Positions 8,440-15,680 of a stretch of DNA of 15,680 nt are shown one piece after another. The stretch comes from a virus. How positions within the stretch are numbered: position 1 is the first letter of the stretch; every line of letters begins with the position of its first letter. The stretch lies in IMG/VR virus record IMGVR_UViG_3300045988_122518; one strand, given 5' to 3'. The notes under the pieces were generated by a model, which had not been told where the DNA came from, ran no database searches, and saw only the letters and a program-made list of their open reading frames with translations. Position numbers and translations under genes: made by a program.

Positions 8440-10089
8440 TTATTTCATTGCTTCTTTATTTTGAATAGTTTTTTCACTTTTCTAATCGTCAGGTTTTTCC
8501 GGACGCCCTGCCTCACCATTAGAAGTTTTAACAGTTCCAGAACCTGAGCTTCCTGAATTATTTTGAGTTTTATTATTAGATGATGAACCTTTTAAACCCA
8601 AAATATCTTCACTACCCATAGTAGAACTCATAAGAGGAGGAATCATAATTTCGCTTAAATGTAAAATCTCATTTTCAAAATGAGCTGCATTAAGAATAAA
8701 ACTCTACGAATGTCCAAGAGCAATCTAAGACAATAGTTTTGATTGTCCCATTTGTGCTTGTTCTTTATACATTTTAGAAAGTGTTTGATAATTATTCTAA
8801 GTAGTTTCTAATAAATAAAATCTAAAATTATATTTCTTATTACTACTCTTTTTTTCAATAATTCTATTAAAGAATATATTAAACTATAAAATTAAACTTC
8901 TTATTGTAGATTCATCATTTAATACTGATTTTTCTAAAGCCATATTACCATCAGTATTAAATAAATTCTATGAAATACCTAATGAATTATAAACACTACG
9001 TTCAACTTTAGCTAAATCATCTGTCGTTGTAGTAGTATTCTTATCAGACATATCAATAGAATCTACATCAGTAAATGTAGTTAAAACATCTACTCCAATA
9101 GCCCTCTATAACATCTAAACGGCATTATTATGGATATCTCTGGCTTCATCAACATCAAATATCAAATCACCATTTTTATCCATTGGGAGCTTTTGGACTA
9201 AAATTTTAAGCAACTTCTACATTTGTTTCTTGCGGTCAAGATCTTGCGCTGCATCTAAATCCATAATAGTAGGAATCGAATTTACAAAAATAGGAACATC
9301 ACTATTATTAATATTAAATTTAATACAATTTTCTGGCTCAAGAACATACCAACTACCAGTATGCTAGCATCCAACCGCTTCTTCTAAAGCAAGTTTTCCT
9401 TGCTTATATAAAACATAACCTTTAGCAAATTCTTCTGGGAATAATTTTAATACTTTTAAACGATAATTCATATCTCTAAAAGTATCAAAAAATCGCATAT
9501 CAAATTCAACAACTGGGGTATTATTTACACTATAACGTGTTCTACAATATCTAACTGGTAATTCTTGTAAAATTAGATTTTTCTCAGAAGGAACTATATA
9601 TCCATAATAGCATCCATTTTTAACGACTTGTAAAGCAATATCTCCACAAATCTTTTTAATATAACTATTATCAAAATAATTTAACATTCTATAAAAATCT
9701 TTTAAAACTTTTTCTTCTTTTACATTATCATCATAAGTCTCAGCCGCGATATACCAATCATAACGATATAAAAAAGCAACATAATTACAAACTCGTTGAT
9801 ATACACCACTTATATCATAATAAAAATTAGAAATATAACGCAAAGCATTTAAATCTTTTTCTGCAAGCGCGCGAAGCACATCAGGTTTCGTGATAATACG
9901 AGTTTGACCTGGGTATCTAATCTTACTATAATCACCAAGTTTTAAAATAGCGTCATCTAAAGTTTTTGTGCCAACTTTTATTTTTCTATTGGCATAGTCC
10001 ATGGTATCATTATAATTATATTCATAACGACCATTATAAATATCAAAACCTTTAGCATGAATCTATTCATTACGATCTTGCGTATCCAA
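8440..10089 (-). CDS. Portal protein, 549 aa, TTG start, 11 in-frame TAG (cta at 10063, 9364, 9217, 9115, 9106, 8968, 8884, 8797, 8725, 8704, 8482).
   Basis: Track ORF 9364..10002 is only the N-terminal third. The frame continues with no TAA or TGA down to TAA 8440-8442. Upstream, AAAGGAGGTGG followed by 7 nt and TTG at 10087-10089 is a much better start than the internal ATG 10002. An in-frame TGA lies at 10120-10122. It is the large gene directly after the terminase. Size and position fit a portal. Confidence 0.65.
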
Positions 10090-10102
10090 AGTTCCACCTC
10101 CT

Positions 10103-10459
10103 TTAATAACCTGCTAATTTCATTATATAATCATAAGAAATAAGGTTTTCGTCGGTATATGGAATCTCTATTAATCTAAAATCATGTAAAGCGCAAAAAC
10201 GTCTTTTTTGATTATCATTATATTGCTACTGGTATAAACCGCGCTTTCCACCAAATTTAGAACTGGCTTCATAATGCTATTTTCCCTAATACTCAATAAT
10301 GAAATCAATTTTTCCATCATCATCAAATATAACAAAATCAAAACGAAGCGGACGCCCGCTTGGGCTTTTTAAATCTGGAAAGATGTATTCCATTTTAAAA
10401 GGTAGTCCTGCTTCTTCTAAGATTTCTTCAATTTTAATTTCTCCTCTTGAAGCACGCAT
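10103..10459 (-). CDS. Small nuclease-like protein, 118 aa, between terminase and portal: putative PD-(D/E)XK / Vsr-like (DUF559-type) homing endonuclease. Has 3 in-frame TAG (cta at 10286, 10277, 10226).
   Basis: ATG 10457-10459 follows AAGGAGGG at 6-nt spacing. Stop is TAA 10103-10105. Motif …RPLRFDFVIFDDDGKIDFIIEY(Q)GK(Q)HY… resembles the (P)D…ExK/QH core of Vsr/DUF559 restriction-endonuclease-like folds. This is recalled from memory and needs an HMM check. Confidence 0.5.
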
Positions 10460-10471
10460 TTTCCACCCTCC

Positions 10472-12211
10472 TTAATTTAAAAAGCACCAATCAGCCGCAT
10501 TAAACTTTTTACGTTTTTTCTTTTTATCTTCTTCAAGTTTTAAATAATATAATCCATATTCAAAAGCCGAAAATTTATCTTTACGAATTCCGCGATTTGC
10601 CTATTTTAAAATAATATTAATACCTTCATTTTCTTCGCGTAAATTCATCATTTCTTCTTTTAATATGGAGGTTAAAGTAAATGGTTTTAAATAATCTGCC
10701 CTTTGTTCAGAAGTCATTTTTGAACCTTTTTGAGTAGCTAATAATTTTTCTTTAGCTGTTCTCTCATCTATTAAGAATTTTACCTTACCCGCTTGTAATT
10801 GAGTCTGAGCATTAGCATGACATTCAGTATTTATTGGAGCATTTGCTTTAATAACATACATAGCATCAAATTGAGTATTTGGTGTGCGATATTTTTTATA
10901 ATATCCATCATCATCATTCTCAACACCAAAATCAGGTAAAAATTCACCATCTTCATCATTTTGAGATTTTACCATATAATCCAAAAGTCCAATACCTAAA
11001 CCATTACCATCTATAACCAAAGTTTTAGCTTTATATTTATAAAATAATTTCTTTAATTTAATAGCCTGATCTTCAAAATGATCATCTGACATAGTATACA
11101 TATTTACTAAAGACTTAATAGCTGGACCTTGGGCTTGTGGTGTTACTTTAAATACACAAACTACTGAATCGCATCCTTTACGACCTACATCTACAGAAAG
11201 CACATAATAAGCTTGCGCGCCCGCACGTCCAGAAGCTTCATACTCAGGCTATAATAATTTTCTATTTCTATCAAAATGCTCTCCATTAAAGAAAGCATCC
11301 TCAACAGTTCCTGACCACTTAGATTCATATTCACGTTCAAATGAAGCTTCATTATAAGTTCCTTCATTCTTTTGGTCAGTAATAAATGTTTTACTTTGTA
11401 ATCCTACTGCAACAGGAGTTCGCCATGTTCCGCCTAATACCATACAACGATCGGGCTAAGTCACCATACGAACTAAGAAACCAATAAGTCTATCATAAGG
11501 GAATGTGCCCTTATAACCAGCAGTAGTAATATAAATTTGTGATTTATTTAATGGCTCTTGTTCATTAGTAGTGCCGTCTTTGGCTCTACGAGAAATTGCC
11601 ATAACAGGAATAATAACTTCACGAAGAATAGCATCATCAATACCAACACATTCTTCCATTAATCCACCATGACGACGTTGACCACGAGTGCTTTCACGAG
11701 CCGCAAGGTTATCCAAAACTGAACCATTTTTAAATACATATCTAACTTTATCTTTTCCTTCAAGAGTTTTTCCTCGGCTCCAATCAATTTCTCGATTAAA
11801 GCTTGGAATAAGTTCGCATATTTCTTGAACTTTATCATGAAGAATACTAGCACCTTGCTCTTTACCTCCAGAAGTAACGAACAAATGTGCGCCAGGATAT
11901 AAAATACATCTAATCATTAATGTCATAACAGACAAAAATGATTTAGAATAAGCACGAGGAAAAACCGCATAAACATACTGATAACGCATAACAGAACGGA
12001 GAAATACTCTCTAATAAAAATAAAAATTAAATTCTCCATCTTTTATTTCAGTGCGTCTTCCTCGCACCATAAAATCTACAAATAAATCAGGATATTCTCT
12101 CCAAAAGGCAACGTATTTGCGGATGGTAGGCATTACCGCTTCTACTCGCTCCGGTGATAGACCTATTTTTCTACGGCTATCACTTAACTACAATAAATCT
12201 TGTAATGCCAT
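10472..12211 (-). CDS. terL: Terminase large subunit, 579 aa, 5 in-frame TAG (cta at 12188, 12011, 11456, 11249, 10601).
   Basis: Track ORFs 11456..11989, 11249..11443 and 10601..11203 are one frame joined by TAG. The N-terminus has an ATPase with a deviant Walker A (VFPRAYSKSF). The C-terminus has an RNase-H-like nuclease (LSVDVGRKGCDSVVCVF … TLVIDGNGLGIGLLDYMV). ATG 12209-12211 overlaps the upstream TAA as TAATG. Stop is TAA 10472-10474. Confidence 0.8.
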
Positions 12212-13398
12212 TATTTATCCAAACCCTATAAAAACTCATTATCTTGCGCAGATTCCTATTCTTTAAATTCCTCAAAATCTGCGTAATCACTATCTTTGAT
12301 AGTTTTTTCAAGTTCTTCAATACTTAAATCAGCATCATCAACGATATCGCTTTCCGCGTTCTTTGCTTTCTCTTCATCTTCTTTAGCATTTTCGCGCAAA
12401 GCTTTTTCTACCATTGTACTGATATTAGTTTCATCTTCAATAAGAGTGCGAGTATAACGTTGCATATCTTGAATAGTCAAGTCCACTTTATCATGTGGCT
12501 ATTCAACATAATATCTTTCAATATATCCTTCTTTTTCACATAATTCAATTAATTCGCCAATTGAATCAACAAATTCGCCTGATTCTGCTTTATTTTGGGC
12601 AGCAGTAAATTTACCAGACTTCATTAAGCTATCATATACTTTGCTCATCTTTTGGAAACCTTCAATATCACCAATATCGATCAATTGATTTGCCTTTAAA
12701 GATGTCTTACATATTAATTTTAGCGTATCTTTATGTCCGGCGCCTTGAATATCATAAGAAGCCATCATTTCTTCATATAACTATTCAAGTTTAACCCATT
12801 CTTCAGGTTTATAAGTTTTGCCCCATTTAAGTCTTAAATAAGTGCGGTCTTCATCAGTTAAATCTAATTCTTGTTCCACTTCACCACTCTATTGTGCGAA
12901 ATAATCTTCCGTAGGGGCATCAGGTGGTGGAGCATAAACCGGCTCTTTTAATTCTCCTTCTGGAATAGTAATAGAACTTTTTTCAATAGCAGTTGCAATC
13001 TATTGAGCATCATACCCTTGACGTTTCATAGTTTGCTCTAATTTATTATTTGCCATCTACTGTAAAAATTCTGTATCTTTCCAACGATAATCTTTAAACT
13101 ATTTGAGTTTCATTTTTGACAAATAACGTCCAAGAATTGTCATACCGGTCATAGACTGCGGATCGCGTCCATATTTTTCCATTAATTTATTCCATTCATC
13201 TGGAACATAAGGAACATCCGCTTCTTGTAAAATCCATAAATAAGTATCTGGATTCCAATTATCGACGTGCATTGTCATACATTTTTTGCACATGGGGAAT
13301 TTACCATTATTAGGATATTTTTCTAAATTATTAGATGAATAAAATTCCGTGCCATTCATTGTGCGATTACATTTTTCGCAATAATATGTTTCAGCCAT
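12211..13398 (-). CDS. Putative terminase small subunit or DNA-recognition protein, 395 aa, with an N-terminal CxxC…CxxC zinc ribbon and an acidic C-terminus. Has 8 in-frame TAG (cta at 13099, 13057, 13000, 12889, 12781, 12499, 12256, 12226).
   Basis: Track ORFs 13099..13398, 12499..12768 and 12256..12486 share one frame joined by TAG. ATG 13396-13398 follows AAAGGAGAA. Stop TAA 12211-12213 overlaps the terL ATG, giving translational coupling. The TerS call rests on position only. Confidence 0.55.
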
Positions 13399-13447
13399 AA
13401 ATAAAAAATTCTCCTTTCAATTATTTATTATAAACAAAAGGACAATA

Positions 13448-14503
13448 TTAAGATTTTTTGGCCTTAGAATTTCGACAACTTTTACAAATACTATAAAAGC
13501 CATCTTTACTTGTTTTATTTTTACTAAAATATTTATTATGAGCTAATTTTATTTTACCACAACGACTACATTTTTTATATTTACCTTTTTCAACATTTAA
13601 ATAATAATTATCTAAATATTCATCTTCCGCAGTCGAAGCAATTAATTTTGGAATTTTATTACGCCATAAACTTGAAATATATTCAAGACTATGTTTAATA
13701 CCAAATTCCATTTGTATTTTCTCTTGAATGTCAATATTTTGTAAACCATCAATTTTATATTCAACGATTCTATCATAAAGAGGATAATTAGCTAAAGCTT
13801 TATCACAAAGCTTATCAAAATCCTCCATTAAATACCATAAGTCTTTATCATATTCGCCCCAACTATCTTGCTTTAATCGGGAATAATTATATAAAACCGC
13901 AGAACATATTTCAGGTCTTAATAAACTAATTCCATCAGGAATGGGAAAACCATCATCATCAAAAATAAATGTTTTATCATCTAATGGAATATAAGACTTT
14001 GATCTGGTTAATTTTGTAGGCACTATTGGACGACGATAAGCATTTTTCATAACATACTAATCTTTACGCATTTCAATAAGAGCCTTTTTAATAACAAAAG
14101 CATCTTTGCCTTCTGTTACTTTTAATTTAGCCTCCCAAACATTAATGGCTTCTCTTAACTAATTTAAACTTGGTATCTCTTCTAAATCTTTTTTTGTAAT
14201 TGTAATATGTGGTTGAAATATTGTATTTCTATTATCTGTAATTAAATTATAAATTCCATCTTCGCCATTTTCAAGTTGGGAAACAAGACCTTCAAAAGAA
14301 GTCTCACGCTTATTAACTGTAGCCATACGATTATCAGTTAATAATTTTTTCTCCTTTTTTTCTTGTTTCTCCATACAAAGAACCAAATAGTCTGCTAAAA
14401 TTTCTAAATACTTTTCAGGCGGATCTGGATTATCAGCCAAAATTTGTTCGACTAATTGATTTCTTTCTTCTGGAGTTTGTAAAGAATAATCAAGTTTTAT
14501 CAT
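13448..14503 (-). CDS. DNA-binding protein, 351 aa, with a C-terminal CxxC…DG…CKxC zinc ribbon. It is the first gene of the late operon and a possible regulator. Has 2 in-frame TAG (cta at 14159, 14057).
   Basis: Track ORFs 14159..14503 and 13448..14050 share one frame joined by TAG. ATG 14501-14503 follows GGAGGT at 5-nt spacing, directly downstream of a consensus promoter. Stop is TAA 13448-13450. C-terminus reads …KKCSRCGKIKLAHNKYFSKNKTSKDGFYSICKSCRNS. Confidence 0.6.
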
Positions 14504-14527
14504 TTTTTACCTCCAGTCTATATTTAT

Positions 14528-14556
14528 ATTATACTCGAAAAAATTTTTTTTGTCAA
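14528..14556 (-). promoter_or_regulatory. Sigma-70-type promoter for the minus-strand late operon: TTGACA – 17 nt – TATAAT, all 12 consensus positions matched.
   Basis: Reverse complement of 14551-14556 is TTGACA. Reverse complement of 14528-14533 is TATAAT. The spacer is 17 nt. The minus-strand gene starts at 14503 about 25 nt downstream. Confidence 0.6.
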
Positions 14557-14638
14557 GTTTCATTTAAAATTTTTTCTTTTTATATTTAAAAATTTTTTTA
14601 ACAAAACAAATAACTTTTGCCCAATCACTCTCCACGAT

Positions 14639-14667
14639 TTGACATTTCTTTATTTTTATTTTATTAT
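14639..14667 (+). promoter_or_regulatory. Sigma-70-type promoter for the plus-strand genes: TTGACA – 17 nt – TATTAT.
   Basis: ttgaca at 14639-14644 and tattat at 14662-14667. Downstream are AAGGAG and ATG 14697. Confidence 0.5.
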
Positions 14668-14696
14668 TATTATAAGAAAAAAGAAAAGGAGTATTT

Positions 14697-15089
14697 ATGG
14701 AAACTATTTTTATTATATTATTGAGTTGTGCGTTAGTAGCATCACTCCTTTTTTTATGGTTATATAGAAAAGCTTTTTGGGTATTGTACCAAAAAATGGT
14801 AAATTAGCAAAAAGAATTGAATAAATGGCCAATCGCACAATATGAGTGTATGCTATTGTTAAATATATTTTATAATTATGATTTTGAGGGAAGAGCAGTA
14901 GATTTTTCGCGATATGAAACGCAAGGACTAATTGTTTATAATTGTTTTCATGATGCAAAAAATAGTCCAAAAGGAATTACAAATGATGGAATTGTTTCAT
15001 CATTTTATAAACAAGCATTTGTATATGAATTAGATGATGGAACATTTGAATGGGAGGATATTGAAGATGGGATGGAACCAGCCTTTTGA
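14697..15089 (+). CDS. Small membrane-anchored protein, 130 aa, with an N-terminal transmembrane helix and 1 in-frame TAG at 14805-14807. Terminated by TGA.
   Basis: ATG 14697 follows AAGGAG at 5-nt spacing. The hydrophobic N-terminus reads METIFIILLSCALVASLLFLWLY. The frame continues through TAG into track ORF 14817..15089. Stop is TGA 15087-15089, so TGA is not reassigned. Confidence 0.6.
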
Positions 15090-15462
15090 AGTAAGAGGGA
15101 TAGACGCGGTAATATTTAGATTAGAACAAGAATATTTTAACGCAACAAGAGATAAAGACCCTTTTGTAAGAGATTGGAAATTATTTAAAACAATACGTAT
15201 TGAGCAAAAGGATAATGGGTCAAGAACAATTACTTATAAACCTTTATCAGACGCGGAAAAGGCTCAATTAAGCACCAAAGAAGAGCAAAGGGAATATCAA
15301 TTAAATAAATACAAATATGTATTAGAGCATCTAATGGAAAAATATGATACAGATACTATTAATAGATATATTGATAGTTGTAAATATAAAGATAAATTAA
15401 TCGAATATGTGGAGGAAAAATTAAATGCGGAAACCCCTCAGCCCCTTGAAGGCAGTCGCTAA
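15067..15462 (+). CDS. Hypothetical protein, 131 aa, no TAG; overlaps the upstream gene by 23 nt.
   Basis: GGAGG at 15053-15057, 9 nt before ATG 15067. Stop is TAA 15460-15462. Track ORF 15034..15462 is in the same frame; ATG 15034 or 15037 are alternative starts. Confidence 0.6.
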   Translation: MGWNQPFEVRGIDAVIFRLEQEYFNATRDKDPFVRDWKLFKTIRIEQKDNGSRTITYKPLSDAEKAQLSTKEEQREYQLNKYKYVLEHLMEKYDTDTINRYIDSCKYKDKLIEYVEEKLNAETPQPLEGSR

Positions 15463-15553
15463 AAAGTATCAGCAGAAAGCTACCTATTCTGCTACTTCTG
15501 GATTATACACTCTTATGTGGGGTGAAAAACCCAAGAGAGGTAGAAAAAAGAAG

Positions 15554-15680
15554 TCGTAATTTAAGATTTTAAATTATTCTTCGTAATTTGAAATTGAAAA
15601 TTGATTTGTTGTTTTAAATCGTACTTTGAAATTGAAAATTGATTTGTTGTTTTAAATCGTACTTTGAAATTGAAAATTGA
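15554..15680. repeat. Tandem direct repeat: 38-bp unit CGTA(C/A)TTTGAAATTGAAAATTGATTTGTTGTTTTAAAT, at least 2.6 copies (15582-15619, 15620-15657, 15658-window end), plus a degenerate copy at 15554-15580. The array continues beyond the window.
   Basis: Direct reading: copies 2 and 3 are identical over the available length, and copy 1 differs at one base. Each unit contains an internal TTGAAA/TTGAAAA sub-repeat. There are no spacers, so it is not a CRISPR array. Confidence 0.85.

Noticed and set aside
857-14503. Reading the many short TAG-terminated ORFs as a decayed or pseudogenised prophage.
   Set aside because: TAG is the only apparent stop disrupting the genes. Frames never shift, and no TAA or TGA interrupts the joined frames. 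Adjacent genes are intact with conserved spacing and RBSs. Simultaneous decay of terminase, portal and scaffold with perfect frame retention is implausible.
15087-15089. TGA-to-Trp (code 4, Mollicutes-type) decoding as the explanation for AT-rich fragmented ORFs.
   Set aside because: No in-frame TGA was seen in any hand-translated frame. The one TGA present terminates the 14697..15089 gene just where the next gene RBS and start occur. The fragmentation is explained entirely by TAG.
15471-15493. Inverted repeat AGCAGAA-(9 nt)-TTCTGCT downstream of the last plus-strand gene, considered as a terminator.
   Set aside because: There is no following T-tract, so it is not a canonical intrinsic terminator. 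It may be a weak hairpin or a binding site. Too little evidence to call.
15582-15680. A CRISPR array at the 3' end.
   Set aside because: The 38-bp units are directly abutting with no unique spacers, so this is a simple tandem repeat.

Overview
This window reads as the late (packaging/head/tail) module of a tailed phage in which TAG is a sense codon; it is AT-rich, roughly 30% GC. Translated with the standard code, the minus strand breaks into short ORFs separated by TAG, as the supplied ORF track shows. I translated both strands by hand. Every TAG-bounded fragment continues in the same frame, with protein-like sequence, until a TAA, or once a TGA. Neighbouring genes then sit 9-20 nt apart, each behind its own GGAGG-type ribosome-binding site. 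Reading TAG as sense gives 14 closely packed minus-strand genes and 2 plus-strand genes; a possible small overlapping ORF at 3227..3568 is tentative. In order these are: a zinc-ribbon DNA-binding protein, a terminase small-subunit candidate, terminase large subunit, a small PD-(D/E)XK-like endonuclease between terminase and portal, portal, a head protein fused to an acidic scaffold-like tail, a 305-aa head protein, a major capsid protein, five connector/tail-region proteins, and a 5'-complete tail/structural gene that runs off the window start. About 51 in-frame TAG codons lie in 10 genes. The major capsid protein and four other structural genes have none. TAA terminates almost every gene and TGA terminates one, so only TAG appears reassigned (code-15-like; by analogy Gln, but the amino acid is not determinable here). 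Also present: a divergent promoter region at 14504..14696 with a perfect TTGACA-17-TATAAT promoter for the late operon; a strong intrinsic terminator immediately after the capsid gene; two TAATG stop/start overlaps; and at least 2.6 tandem copies of a 38-bp iteron-like repeat at the 3' window edge. No tRNA, rRNA or CRISPR array was seen.
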